A stretch of DNA of 64,000 nucleotides from Candidatus Dojkabacteria bacterium (GCA_030583685.1 CP129470.1:635412-699411); one strand, 5' to 3'; shown: positions 19,128 to 29,657, counted from the stretch's first letter. Notes: generated from the sequence alone by a model not told the origin. Translations and numbers: made by a program.

Positions 19128-21245
19128 ATGAATAGATTTTCATTCGAATTTTCTGGCTCCACCATGACGTGGGAGTACAAGAGGTTTGCGCACCTGTGTA
19201 ATAGCGCAGTATTTGGAACATGGGGCAACTCAGCGGTTAACGTGACTGTGTTACGAGGTCCCGCACAGGAGAACGCCAATTTCTTTCCGTTACAGGTTGA
19301 GTATCTTGAAAAATACTATGCCTCAGGGAAAGTGATGTCTTCTCCGTATGTCAAACGTGAAGGATTTCCTTCAGAGTCCGCAATTTTACGAGGCAGAATT
19401 ATTGATCGTGCAATTCGTCCTCGATTCCCTAAGGAATTGGTTGATCAAGTGCAGGTCTTTGCTACTGTTCTTTCGTATGATGTAGACAATGATCCGCTTA
19501 TTCTCGCTTTTAACACTGCAGTTGCAGCACTCATGGCTTCAGATATTCCATTTGAAGGAAAGCTTGCTGGAATTCGCATGGGACTGTCTCAAGATGGACT
19601 CCCCATTGCCGTATCGCGAGATGTGACGTCATTAAAAGTGACGGCAAATAACGAAAATCATCCCATGAATATGGTACTCGGCTTGGACCCGAACGGAGTT
19701 GTCATGTTCGACGCAGAGATGACTGAGGTTCCTGAAGCAACGGTTAAAGAAGCTATCGCAAGAGCAAAAGATCTCTCACAAACTATGTGGAATGCGCAAG
19801 AATCTTTTGTCAAAGAACACGGTATCGAAAAGAAAGAAGGAACAATGTTGCATATTCCGGCAGAATTGGTTGAGAAATTAGAATCTGTGTATGGAAATGA
19901 CATCAACGCAGCCATTAGCGACAAAAGCAAGGAAGTGAGAAAAGGAAAAATTGATGAAATTGCGACCAAAGTAAAAGAAGAGCATAAAGAGGATGAATCT
20001 GTACTTGCATACCAAGTTGATGGTGCTCTCGAAAAAGTGATGAAAAAATATATTCGCAAGTCTGTTCTGGAAGCAAATCAGCGAATTGATGGACGGAATT
20101 TTGATGAAATCAGAACGCTCGGTGCCGAGACAAGTATACTGCCAAAAACTCACGGATCAGCAGTATTCAAACGAGGAGATACTCATTCTTTGACCATCGT
20201 GACACTTGCCTCTCCGGCAAAACAACAGAGTTTGGAAGACATGACAGGTGAAGATGTCGCTACTTATTTGCATGAATATAGTGCACCTCCTTACGCTTAT
20301 GGCGAAACCGGACGAATGGCATATAAACCAGGACGTCGGGAAATTGGTCACGGAGCACTAGCAGAGAAAGCACTTATTCCGGTCATTCCTTCGCAGGAAG
20401 CATTTCCCTATATGATTCGTGTGGTGAGCGAGATTATGTCATCTGCAGGGTCAACTTCAATGGCTTCAACTTGTGGAAGCACCCTCGCCTTGATGGATGC
20501 AGGAGTTCCGATTAAAGCACCTGTCGCAGGAATCTCTGTTGGTGTTATCGCAAACGACGACTTCTCTTCATATCATCTGTTGACTGATATTGAAGAAATT
20601 GAAGACTTTTACGGAGAAATGGACTTTAAGGTCGCTGGAACTGAGGCAGGTATTACGGCAATTCAAATGGATGAAAAGAGAATGTTCATTCCCTATGAGG
20701 TCATAAATGAAGCAATCGACGCAGGGAAGCTTGCAAGAACAACAATATTGAAAGTAATTACCGATGCAATTGCCGCTCCACGAGAGAGAATGTCCGAATA
20801 TGCACCACAAATTGAGAGAATTACGATTGATCCAGAAAAAATTGGAAAGCTCATCGGTCCAGGTGGAAAAATGATTAAAGAAATTACCAGACTATCTGGT
20901 ATGGACTTAAACATTAAAGATGATGGAACTGTCGAAATCTTCGGCGCACCTGCGGAAGCACGAGCAAAGGCAAGAGAAATGATTGATGCCTTATTTGAGG
21001 AGTTTAAGACTGGCGAAATCTACGAAGGTATGGTGCTAGAAACGAGACCTTTCGGCGCAATCGTCAAAATCTCCCGAGGTGATCTTGAAGGCAAAGGTCT
21101 AATCCATGTTTCTGAGCTTGCGGATGGGTTTGTCAAGAACCCTGAAGATGTCGTGAAAGCAGGACAGCGTGTTCGAGTAAAAGTTGTCGGTCTCGATGAC
21201 ATGGGACGATTGAAATTGTCACTTAAGCAAGTACCGAAGGAGTAA
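19128..21245 (+). CDS. pnp: polyribonucleotide nucleotidyltransferase (PNPase)
   Basis: Two RNase PH-like domains, a KH domain (GPGGKMIKEI) and a C-terminal S1 domain (GEIYEGMVLETRPFGAIVKI). 705 aa. Confidence 0.95.
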   Translation: MNRFSFEFSGSTMTWEYKRFAHLCNSAVFGTWGNSAVNVTVLRGPAQENANFFPLQVEYLEKYYASGKVMSSPYVKREGFPSESAILRGRIIDRAIRPRFPKELVDQVQVFATVLSYDVDNDPLILAFNTAVAALMASDIPFEGKLAGIRMGLSQDGLPIAVSRDVTSLKVTANNENHPMNMVLGLDPNGVVMFDAEMTEVPEATVKEAIARAKDLSQTMWNAQESFVKEHGIEKKEGTMLHIPAELVEKLESVYGNDINAAISDKSKEVRKGKIDEIATKVKEEHKEDESVLAYQVDGALEKVMKKYIRKSVLEANQRIDGRNFDEIRTLGAETSILPKTHGSAVFKRGDTHSLTIVTLASPAKQQSLEDMTGEDVATYLHEYSAPPYAYGETGRMAYKPGRREIGHGALAEKALIPVIPSQEAFPYMIRVVSEIMSSAGSTSMASTCGSTLALMDAGVPIKAPVAGISVGVIANDDFSSYHLLTDIEEIEDFYGEMDFKVAGTEAGITAIQMDEKRMFIPYEVINEAIDAGKLARTTILKVITDAIAAPRERMSEYAPQIERITIDPEKIGKLIGPGGKMIKEITRLSGMDLNIKDDGTVEIFGAPAEARAKAREMIDALFEEFKTGEIYEGMVLETRPFGAIVKISRGDLEGKGLIHVSELADGFVKNPEDVVKAGQRVRVKVVGLDDMGRLKLSLKQVPKE

Positions 21246-21414
21246 ATTTTGAAGCAATTGAAGCGAGGGTAACGCTATAACGCATCAAAGCGAGACTAAC
21301 GCTGGTAAAGTGGTATTGAAATATTCCTTTTTACTTCAACGCTGTATAACCGTACCGTTTCAATTCTGCTTTAAAGTTGTAACTTTCTTGTGAAAATGTT
21401 AAAACTATACCATT

Positions 21415-22545
21415 ATGGCTGATATCTCCTATCTCGAATCACAATCAGAGACGTACTCAGATATTACGGAACTTCTCGAAAAGCTTGAAGCAAGTCACGT
21501 ACCCACAGAGTTGAAAGAAGAAGGTAAAAAAATGATTGTGCGTGTGTACCGAATGGCAAAAAAGGGAAGCTACTCTTCAGAATTTGAAAATGTTTCTCGT
21601 TATGTTGATTGGGTATTAAGTATTCCCTGGGAAGTGTATTCAACTGATTCCCTTGATTTGGCCCGAATTCGCGAGGAGTTAGACAAATACCATTTTGGCC
21701 TCGACAAGGTGAAGGAAAGAATACTCGCCTATATGGCAGTGATGAAGTTGAAGCAAGACAGGCAGGTAACAGGTGGAGAAACGAGTGAAGTGAAAGGTAT
21801 GACAACGACGTATCTGCGGCCCCCTGTGCTTTGTTTTGTCGGGTTGCAGGGGTTGGGTAAAACAACGATTGCAAAGTCGATTGCAAATTCGCTCGGAAGA
21901 AAATATGTGCGTATTTCTCTCGCAGCTTTTGGAAGCATTGCGCAATTGCGTGGCTCAGCCCGGTCAAACCCCGATGCAGAACCAGGGTTGATTATCCAAG
22001 CAATTCGCCAAGCAGGAACGCTCAATCCCGTCATTGTGTTAGATGAGATTGATAAAGCGAGTGGTATTGAGTCCTTGCGAAATGACATTATGGCTGCATT
22101 ACTAGAAATTCTTGATCCTGCGCAGAACGAATCGTTTGTCGATCGATTTATTAATTACCCCGTTGATTTATCGAAGTGCTTCTTTATAACGACAGCGAAC
22201 ACCTTAGGAACGCTCTCAGCAGCATTACTTGATCGTTTGGAAATTATTCGCTTCACCAGTTACTCTGACGATGAGAAAATTACCATTGCGAAGTCGTATG
22301 TGATGCCTCGTGTTATTGCAGAAACAGGATTGACAGAAAATCAACTGCAAATCGCTGATGAAGCTTGGCCGCTGATTGTTCGTCCGATGGGGTATGATGC
22401 AGGAATTCGTCAGTTGGAGCGAACGATGAATAACTTGGCTCGCCGTGTCGCGTATCAGTTAATTACAGGAGAAACGACTTTTGTTCGCGTTACCCCTGAA
22501 AACGTGAAGCGTTATTTACCTGAAGATCTTGGGGTAATGGGATAA
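21415..22545 (+). CDS. Lon-like AAA+ ATPase with a Lon N-terminal region plus AAA+ module and no S16 protease domain
   Basis: Walker A VGLQGLGKTTIAKSIA. Lon-like Walker B/sensor region NPVIVLDEIDKASG. The ORF ends after the AAA+ lid at 376 aa. No downstream ORF encodes a protease domain, because RNase J follows. Confidence 0.6.
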   Translation: MADISYLESQSETYSDITELLEKLEASHVPTELKEEGKKMIVRVYRMAKKGSYSSEFENVSRYVDWVLSIPWEVYSTDSLDLARIREELDKYHFGLDKVKERILAYMAVMKLKQDRQVTGGETSEVKGMTTTYLRPPVLCFVGLQGLGKTTIAKSIANSLGRKYVRISLAAFGSIAQLRGSARSNPDAEPGLIIQAIRQAGTLNPVIVLDEIDKASGIESLRNDIMAALLEILDPAQNESFVDRFINYPVDLSKCFFITTANTLGTLSAALLDRLEIIRFTSYSDDEKITIAKSYVMPRVIAETGLTENQLQIADEAWPLIVRPMGYDAGIRQLERTMNNLARRVAYQLITGETTFVRVTPENVKRYLPEDLGVMG

Positions 22546-22655
22546 GGGTAACGCTTATCGCGATTGAAGCAGTTAAAGCTGATAGAAGAAACAAAGTGTT
22601 GAAAAGAATAAATTTCTAGGACTGCCCAACTATAGTTAAAAATTACTAAAAAATT

Positions 22656-24311
22656 ATGAAAAATGAAAATAAAAAAACAGGACTGCGGGTAATTCCGTTG
22701 TCTGGAGCCGAAACAGTTGGCTTAAACTGTTATGTTATTGAATACAATGACGATATCTTTGTTGTTGACTACGGGGTGACTTTTCCAGCAGGAGAATCAT
22801 ACGGAGTTGATTATATTTTGCCGCCACTTCAGTGGTTGCAGGAAAACAAAAAACGCATCAAAGCGATTATTGTGACTCACTCACACCTTGATCATATCGG
22901 GGGTATTCCTTTTGTGATTGACAAACTTGGGTATCCTCCTGTCTACGGAAGTCCTTTCTCAATGGAATTTCTGAAAGAAAAATTGACCGAAGTGAAAAAG
23001 GAAAAGCAGACAAAATTATTTGTAGCAAACGAAAGTGACGTCTTGACCTTTGGTGAGGTCAAAATTTCGTTTATTCATGTCACGCACAGTATTCCACAGT
23101 CGTATGCAATTTGTTTTGAAACGCCTGAAGGACGAGTTGTGTATACCGGTGATTATAAACTTGATCCAAAACCAATCAATCAGAAGCCAACGGATATGAA
23201 GAAGATTGAAGACCTCGGCAAGAAGGGGGTACTCGTAGCACTTGTCGACTCAACAAACGCATTTGAGCCAGGTAAATCACTCTCGGAAACCGAGATTCTT
23301 GAAGAATTAATTGAAGTCATTAAAAACGCACAGGGTCGAGTCATTATTGCTGCGTTTTCATCCTTGGTAAATCGTTTAGGAGGAGTTATTGAAGCAGCAA
23401 AGCGATTGAACAAAAAGATTTTTGTCACGGGACGCAGTTTGGAAAGTAACCTGAAGATTGCCATGAGAATTGGCTATATTCACCCACAATCAGGTGTTTT
23501 TGTAACGCATAAGCAACTGAACAATATACCCGACAATCAATTAATCATTTTGACGACAGGAAGCCAAGGTGAACCGATGGCGGCATTAACGCGTATTGCG
23601 ACTAATCGTCATAAACTTTTGACCATCAAGAAAACAGATACGGTCATTATGTCCTCCAGTATTATCCCAAATAACGTTTTGGAAGTGCAGAACCTTATGG
23701 ATGCCATTGCGCGTCGCGGTGCTCGAATTATTAACAACAAAATTATGAACGTTCATGTCAGTGGACATCCAAATCAGGAAGATTGTATAACGATGGCAAA
23801 AGCCCTCAATGCGAAATATACCATTCCTGTGCACGGGTTTGCTTCATTTACCAGTCAACTGCGGTATGTGTACAAACAAGCAGGATTACCAGAAGCTTCG
23901 GTATTTGTACCGGTTGAAGGAGGGGTTTTCTTCTTCGATAAAGGGACTATAATTCAGGAGCAGAAACTTGACGTTGAAGAAGTCTTAGTGTTTGGTAAGA
24001 AAATTCTCTCACCAACAGAACCGTTACTTGCAGATAGAAAGGTGATGGCATCTGAAGGGATTTGTCATGTCTCGGTTGCCAGAAGTGAGAAGAAACCACC
24101 AGAGTTTGCTGTTTCACTCCGCGGTTTTGTGACCGCAGAAGAGGTGGAGGAGATGAAGACGGAGATTAGAAATCGTTTGATTGCGCAAGTGTCAAAAATA
24201 AAAGACGAAAAAACGATGAAAAAGCAAATCTATACCACACTCGGGTCATTCTTCCATAATAAGTTACGAAGGTATCCGATTATTGCTGTTGAGCTTGTTT
24301 CAAATTATTAA
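22656..24311 (+). CDS. rnj: ribonuclease J (metallo-beta-lactamase / beta-CASP RNase)
   Basis: MBL motif HSHLDHIGG. Beta-CASP and C-terminal domain arrangement. 551 aa. Confidence 0.85.
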   Translation: MKNENKKTGLRVIPLSGAETVGLNCYVIEYNDDIFVVDYGVTFPAGESYGVDYILPPLQWLQENKKRIKAIIVTHSHLDHIGGIPFVIDKLGYPPVYGSPFSMEFLKEKLTEVKKEKQTKLFVANESDVLTFGEVKISFIHVTHSIPQSYAICFETPEGRVVYTGDYKLDPKPINQKPTDMKKIEDLGKKGVLVALVDSTNAFEPGKSLSETEILEELIEVIKNAQGRVIIAAFSSLVNRLGGVIEAAKRLNKKIFVTGRSLESNLKIAMRIGYIHPQSGVFVTHKQLNNIPDNQLIILTTGSQGEPMAALTRIATNRHKLLTIKKTDTVIMSSSIIPNNVLEVQNLMDAIARRGARIINNKIMNVHVSGHPNQEDCITMAKALNAKYTIPVHGFASFTSQLRYVYKQAGLPEASVFVPVEGGVFFFDKGTIIQEQKLDVEEVLVFGKKILSPTEPLLADRKVMASEGICHVSVARSEKKPPEFAVSLRGFVTAEEVEEMKTEIRNRLIAQVSKIKDEKTMKKQIYTTLGSFFHNKLRRYPIIAVELVSNY

Positions 24312-24317
24312 CGAGAA

Positions 24318-25508
24318 ATGAATCAGAGCCTTACCTCAAACATCTGGAAATATGCGGTATTATTGATTACCAATAAACGAGTTTGGGTATCAATAATTGC
24401 AGTTTATTACTTGACGATACCTGGTGTTAACGAGCTAGGGATTTCATATATTATTCTTGCAGGGAATGTAGCGGGAGTGCTTTTCGAGATTCCGAGTGGC
24501 TACTTGGCAGACCAAATTGGACACAAAAAGACCCTTGTTTTGTCTCGTATTTTTGCGGTGATTTCTTCAATTTTCTATCTTATGGCTTGGGATTTATGGA
24601 CACTGATAGCAGGAAGTGTTTTTCTAAGCTTATCGGTAGCGTTTATGAGTGGTACGGGAAATGCGTTTATGTTAGATACCCTGAAAAATCTTGGAAGAGA
24701 ACATGAGTATGCCAAAATCATGGGCAAAATTAAATCAATAGGCTTTTCACTTCCCCTTTTGATTAGCATGTTTGTCCCATTTCTTGCTGAAATAAGCATA
24801 AAGGCTCCATTTGTAGCCGGAATTGTAATGGATGTAATTGGATTGGTAGTATCGCTCCTGTTTATTGCGCCAAAAGTGATAAAAGCAAAAGTTGAAGACA
24901 ATGCATTTCGCGATTTACTAAGAATAGTAAAACAAGGAATCAGCATCGGTTTTGTTAAATATTCAGTATATTTGGGTGTTCTTGGTGGATTAATTTTTGC
25001 GATTGGAAATTATCGTGGTCCATATCAAGCTTCTCTTGGAATCCCGATTATCTATTTTGGTTTATTCTTTGGGTTGGGAAGAGGGTTTGCATCAATTCTC
25101 TTGTGGTTTAGTGGGAAGATACAAAAAAGATTTACGATGAAACAGTTCTTTTTTTGGCAAACCATTTTGTACGGTTTGATTTTTCTTGTACTTGGAACAG
25201 GAATTAACCCGTGGGTCCTTGTGATTCTTTTTGCCTTTCAGAACGGCCTCAAATGGGGACTAACCGAAATTGAAGATTCATACTTTATTGATCTTATCAA
25301 GGATGTTCCTAATAAGGCGACACTGTTATCCTTTGGTTCTCAAATTCAACAGATAATTGGAGGTATTGCGGCATTACTGGTAGGGTGGATTATTGTATCG
25401 TTTGGATATCAGCAAGGCTTTCTGTTTTTCGGTATCATTTTCTCGGTAATTATGCTCGCCATGTATTGGATAACATTTTCGCGAACGACCATAAAAAAGA
25501 ATCGATAA
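24318..25508 (+). CDS. polytopic membrane protein, putative MFS-like transporter
   Basis: 396 aa with about 10-12 predicted hydrophobic helices. No definitive family motif. Confidence 0.4.
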   Translation: MNQSLTSNIWKYAVLLITNKRVWVSIIAVYYLTIPGVNELGISYIILAGNVAGVLFEIPSGYLADQIGHKKTLVLSRIFAVISSIFYLMAWDLWTLIAGSVFLSLSVAFMSGTGNAFMLDTLKNLGREHEYAKIMGKIKSIGFSLPLLISMFVPFLAEISIKAPFVAGIVMDVIGLVVSLLFIAPKVIKAKVEDNAFRDLLRIVKQGISIGFVKYSVYLGVLGGLIFAIGNYRGPYQASLGIPIIYFGLFFGLGRGFASILLWFSGKIQKRFTMKQFFFWQTILYGLIFLVLGTGINPWVLVILFAFQNGLKWGLTEIEDSYFIDLIKDVPNKATLLSFGSQIQQIIGGIAALLVGWIIVSFGYQQGFLFFGIIFSVIMLAMYWITFSRTTIKKNR

Positions 25509-25541
25509 AAAGAAAGACGGGCTCATTCTTTCCATACGATT

Positions 25542-26807
25542 GTGCTATACTGTGCTATGAAGCTATTCTCCCTTTTCGGAGGGGCACAATCGGCAAAGAA
25601 AACCTCCAAATATCTGATATCTCTTGATATTGGTACAGAGGTTATGAAAGGTCTCTTGTTTTCAATGTCGAATCTTGGGGTAGATATTTGGGCGACCAAT
25701 CAAGTAACGCAACAAACTCACGCAATGCGAAGTGGTGTTATTCTTAACAGCGATACGGTTCTCGAGAATGCCCGATTATGTGTACAAAAGCTGGTCTCAA
25801 AATTGGAACCACAGGAAGTACCGACCAAAATGGTACTTGGAATGGCCGGTGAACTGGTCAATGGTATTTCAATTCGTGTATCGTACGATCGCGGTCGCGA
25901 TGCAGGGAGAAAAATATCTGAAAGCGAGGCAAATACCGTTGTTGAAAATGTTATCAGTGATATTCTTACCAAAGGTAGGGATGAATTAGCAAAAAGGCTT
26001 GATACCACAGAGGACAATGTTGAAGTATTACAAATTACCGTAACAGGAATGTTTGCAGATGGTGTCAAAATCGAATCGATGATTGGTTCTTCTCCTGAAG
26101 AAGTCGTGCTTCATTTGTATGCATCGTTTGCGCCAAAAACATATATCAATACGTTACGAGAACTTTCAGATGAACTTGGATTGGAAATTGCGTCGATAGT
26201 CACGCAGCCCTTTGCTGTTTCTCGATCGTTTGCAGGAAGTTGGGACTCTCAATTTTCGGGAATTTTTATTGATATTGGAGGAGGGACAACAGATGTCGCT
26301 CTCGTGCAAAATGGCGATACGATTCAAACACAGATGTATGCGTTTGGAGGCCGTGCATTTACCAAGAAAATTGCGCAATCAATGGATGTGAGTTATACAG
26401 TAGCGGAAGGCAGAAAAATTAAGTATGCAACAGGCGAATTACCACAAGATTTGCGTGATGAAGTCAGACGACTCATTGCGCCAGATGTACAATTGTGGCT
26501 TGATGCGTTGGTTGTTGCAATGGAAGAGTTTGAAAATGTTGAGGAATTCCCTCCGCAATTCTTCTTGTGTGGAGGTGGAGCAATGCTTCCAGACTTGAAA
26601 GAAGCAATACTTTCTTATCCGTGGCACAAACACCTTCCGTTCAAACGATTGCCAAAAGTTATGCTGGTAACACCTGATAAACTTGATAAGGTATATGACA
26701 AAAGCGGGTTACTCATTCATCCGTATGATGTGACACCAACGTCATTAGCAAAATTTTATTGGGATGTCCTTCGGCTGCCCAATCTTAATTATTTAGGAAC
26801 CTATTAA
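25542..26807 (+). CDS. FtsA/PilM-like actin-fold ATPase (probable cell-division FtsA)
   Basis: Phosphate-1 motif LISLDIGTE and the adenosine/phosphate-2 motif FIDIGGGTTDVAL. 421 aa. Confidence 0.65.
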   Translation: MLYCAMKLFSLFGGAQSAKKTSKYLISLDIGTEVMKGLLFSMSNLGVDIWATNQVTQQTHAMRSGVILNSDTVLENARLCVQKLVSKLEPQEVPTKMVLGMAGELVNGISIRVSYDRGRDAGRKISESEANTVVENVISDILTKGRDELAKRLDTTEDNVEVLQITVTGMFADGVKIESMIGSSPEEVVLHLYASFAPKTYINTLRELSDELGLEIASIVTQPFAVSRSFAGSWDSQFSGIFIDIGGGTTDVALVQNGDTIQTQMYAFGGRAFTKKIAQSMDVSYTVAEGRKIKYATGELPQDLRDEVRRLIAPDVQLWLDALVVAMEEFENVEEFPPQFFLCGGGAMLPDLKEAILSYPWHKHLPFKRLPKVMLVTPDKLDKVYDKSGLLIHPYDVTPTSLAKFYWDVLRLPNLNYLGTY

Positions 26808-26809
26808 CC

Positions 26810-28810
26810 ATGATTGATGCAGTACCAGAAAAAAAAATTGTCAAAATAAATGCCACTATCGATGACGATATCAACTTAATTCTTGATGCCATTATCAAAG
26901 TCGAGGCGGCCTATGTTATGTTGGTTTTACCTGAGGGTAATGACCTCGCAAATAGTCCGATTGGGTTGAAGGCACTACGAAAGAAAACACTAGAAAAAGG
27001 AAAGAGAATGGTTCTCGTTGTGCCGAAAGGAAGTGGCTATGAATTGGCGAAAAAGGCAGGATTCATCGCCTCTGTTTCTCAAGATGCGGTGACGGGGGAT
27101 GTTTGGCAGACGGTGAATGAACAGTACGATGAGTATAAACAGTCTCAAGCGGGAATGAATTCGAAAAAAGAACAAACCCGACAGTTAGAGAAACCTGAAG
27201 TTGAGTATATTGCCCCTGTTGCAAAAGCAAATCTCCCGGTACCAGAAATTATACGAGGTGGAGCAACTCAAACCTCACCAGAAGAAGGCGAGAGCGAGGT
27301 TGCGGAGGGTGAGTCCGAGAAAAAAAAGATGGTTGAGCCGCCAAAAATAAAAGAATCTGAAGAACCCAAGAAAGATACTAAACAAGAACCTTCGGAAAGA
27401 GAGAAAATGGCAGCTCAAAATGTAACGGGTATGGATTTCTCAAAATTCGTTAAAAGTAGTCCGAAATCATTCTGGGGTAAGCCGAAGGCTGCGCCAATGT
27501 CCGCAAATACGATAGTCGCTCCAAACGAGGTTAATACCTTCCATCCAGATATCGTTCCGAAGAAAGTTGGTGCGACGCTGGGTAAAGTGGGTAAAAAAGG
27601 AATGTCCGGTGTCGCAAAAATTATTCTTTTTGGCCTTATTGCCTGTCTCCTGTTGGGTGGTGGGGTGTTTGCTGCATGGTATGCGTATTTCCCAAAAATT
27701 CGAATAGAGTTGCAGCTGCAATCAACAATGATGTCTGTTAGTGAACAAGTTCTTGCAACTTCGGCAGTAACGGGGTTTGATGTTAATCGTAAAGAGGTTC
27801 AACTAACGAAAGAACGGGTAGAGAAGAACGCAACGCAGTCATTTACTGCGACTGAAAAGAGTGCTGACGGAACAAAAGCAACGGGAACGATTACCGTGAG
27901 TAGCTCAGGACCAGTAACGATTCAAGCAGGAACTTTGGTGACAATTAAGACAAAGAAGTTTTCTGTAACAACACAGACTGTTGCTAACGGAGCGTCAAAT
28001 TTAGTTCCTGTTACTGCTTCTGATTTCGGTACTGACTATAATCTTGAGGCGTGTGCACTTCCTTCAGAATGTGACATTGATGTCGCAAAATCTGGCATTG
28101 AGCCCATTGGAAACTCCGCGTTTACCGGTGGTACCAAGCGAGAATTTACCGTAGTTGGGCAGAAAGATGTTGATGCCGCAACAAAAGAGTTACAAACGGA
28201 GCTGGGAAAGCAAGGCGAGGCAGATCTCATGTATATGAATATGGATAAGGGCTATGAATTTATTCCTGAATCGGTAAAAACAGAAGTTAAAGACAAAGTT
28301 GCGGTTTCTCCTGCTGTTGGCAAAGAGGTAAAAGAAGCTGAAGAGGATCCAAATATTTCCATGACAACGGTCACTACCGCACTGTATTATCACCGAGAAT
28401 CATTGGAAATTATGGCGGAACGACTTCTGCTTGATAAATACAAGATTGAGAAAAACCTTTCGTTGGAAGCTGCTGCACTGACACAGATTAACAAAAATGA
28501 ACTCAAGGTTACGGTTGAGAAAATTACTGTTGATAAAGATGAAAAAGTTACCATTACTTTTTCTGCAACTGGGCTGGTTACCTCACGGGTGGACGTAGAT
28601 AAGATTCGTAACGATGTTGCAGGGAAGAAATGGCCAGAAATGTTGGAATATCTTTCTAAGCTTCCCGCGTTGGCCCGTGCTCCTGAGGTATTGTCGTTTC
28701 CCACATGGCTTCCTGAGTATGCCCGTTATGTACCTGGCGAGGTGAGCCGTGTTGATGTGCGCGTTCGGGTGGTTCCCCCTGAGCCGACAACAACTCCAGA
28801 AGCTGAGTAG
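26810..28810 (+). CDS. hypothetical bitopic membrane protein, 666 aa. N-terminal cytoplasmic region, Lys/Glu-rich linker, one TM, large extracytoplasmic domain
   Basis: Start overlaps the FtsA-like stop. TM helix IILFGLIACLLLGGGVFAAWYAYF at about residue 265. No recognisable motif. Possibly a division-associated protein, from context. Confidence 0.5.
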   Translation: MIDAVPEKKIVKINATIDDDINLILDAIIKVEAAYVMLVLPEGNDLANSPIGLKALRKKTLEKGKRMVLVVPKGSGYELAKKAGFIASVSQDAVTGDVWQTVNEQYDEYKQSQAGMNSKKEQTRQLEKPEVEYIAPVAKANLPVPEIIRGGATQTSPEEGESEVAEGESEKKKMVEPPKIKESEEPKKDTKQEPSEREKMAAQNVTGMDFSKFVKSSPKSFWGKPKAAPMSANTIVAPNEVNTFHPDIVPKKVGATLGKVGKKGMSGVAKIILFGLIACLLLGGGVFAAWYAYFPKIRIELQLQSTMMSVSEQVLATSAVTGFDVNRKEVQLTKERVEKNATQSFTATEKSADGTKATGTITVSSSGPVTIQAGTLVTIKTKKFSVTTQTVANGASNLVPVTASDFGTDYNLEACALPSECDIDVAKSGIEPIGNSAFTGGTKREFTVVGQKDVDAATKELQTELGKQGEADLMYMNMDKGYEFIPESVKTEVKDKVAVSPAVGKEVKEAEEDPNISMTTVTTALYYHRESLEIMAERLLLDKYKIEKNLSLEAAALTQINKNELKVTVEKITVDKDEKVTITFSATGLVTSRVDVDKIRNDVAGKKWPEMLEYLSKLPALARAPEVLSFPTWLPEYARYVPGEVSRVDVRVRVVPPEPTTTPEAE

Positions 28811-28825
28811 CTTCTAAGAGGAGCT

Positions 28826-28867
28826 GGCGATTTTTCGCCACGTCTTCGTTCTCAGCGAAAAATCGCC
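28826..28867 (+). terminator. perfect 13-bp stem hairpin (GGCGATTTTTCGC ... GCGAAAAATCGCC) 16 nt after the 26810-28810 stop. No T-tract, so a doubtful intrinsic terminator
   Basis: Inverted repeat read directly from the sequence. Confidence 0.35.
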
Positions 28868-29005
28868 CTTCCCACCACAACGCATCAAGTACCTGAAGGA
28901 GCTCGAAATAGAACTTTTTTCTTACTGATATAGAATTTGATGTCATACGTAGTATTGCCCGATTCTCTTAGGGAAATGTAAGAATTGTGTAAGAAATATA
29001 GAACG

Positions 29006-29029
29006 ACATGTCATAGTGTGATGACATCA
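29006..29029. promoter_or_regulatory. cluster of TGTCAT/ATGACA palindromes (GACATGTC; TGTCAT-n6-ATGACA) 20-40 nt upstream of the XRE regulator gene, a candidate operator
   Basis: Sequence acatgtcatagtgtgatgacatca read directly. Typical of autoregulated HTH-XRE operators. Confidence 0.4.
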
Positions 29030-29048
29030 TATTTCATACATTCGACGT

Positions 29049-29636
29049 ATGAACAATAAAGAAATCGGAGCACGTATTCGTCGTGAGCGTATAAAAAAGG
29101 GCTGGTCACAGCAACAACTTGCTAAACGTGTGGGAGTGACGTGGGAAATGATTAGCAGGTATGAGCGTGGGGTTTCTTCGCCACTAAAACAACTTTTTCC
29201 CATTGCAGAAGCATTAGAATTAAACCCAAATACATTATTTGGAGTGAAAACAGATTTGGGTAACTTTGCCGATGGCAGTGCCGAGTACTTGTCGACTAGA
29301 TTTATCCCAATTCTTTCTGTCATTCCTGTCTCCTCATTTGATTTAGTACAGATGTTGCAAACAACTGACGCGGGAATGCGATTGTTCGACGATGGCCAGC
29401 AGATTGAGAAATTTGGCATTAAACTCGGTCCTGACTCGAAAATTCGCGTTGCGTCCGCTCTCCTTCTTCCAAAAGGAACGTTAATTTGTACTCTTTCGCT
29501 TGCCAATCTTTCTGAAAAATCGTTAGTATTAGTGACACGCCAAGGGTTGATTACCGTTGAACAGTATAATCCACGAGATATGAAAACCTCCGTATTAGCA
29601 AGGGTACTGGAATGGGTAGTCAAATTTGACGACTAA
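29049..29636 (+). CDS. XRE-family helix-turn-helix transcriptional regulator with an uncharacterised C-terminal domain
   Basis: HTH_3 signature IGARIRRERIKKGWSQQQLAKRVGVTWEMISRYERG. The C-terminal 120 aa lack an S24 (GDSM) peptidase motif. Confidence 0.75.
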   Translation: MNNKEIGARIRRERIKKGWSQQQLAKRVGVTWEMISRYERGVSSPLKQLFPIAEALELNPNTLFGVKTDLGNFADGSAEYLSTRFIPILSVIPVSSFDLVQMLQTTDAGMRLFDDGQQIEKFGIKLGPDSKIRVASALLLPKGTLICTLSLANLSEKSLVLVTRQGLITVEQYNPRDMKTSVLARVLEWVVKFDD

Positions 29637-29657
29637 TCGGGGAGAGAGCTTACGACA

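Noticed and set aside
22618-22634. Shared 9-mer GACTGCCCA at 22621 and 43729 as a possible dispersed repeat
   Set aside because: Too short and without flanking similarity. Consistent with chance.
29049-29636. LexA/CI-like S24 autopeptidase domain in the XRE regulator
   Set aside because: No GDSM...K Ser-Lys dyad context was found in the C-terminal 120 aa.
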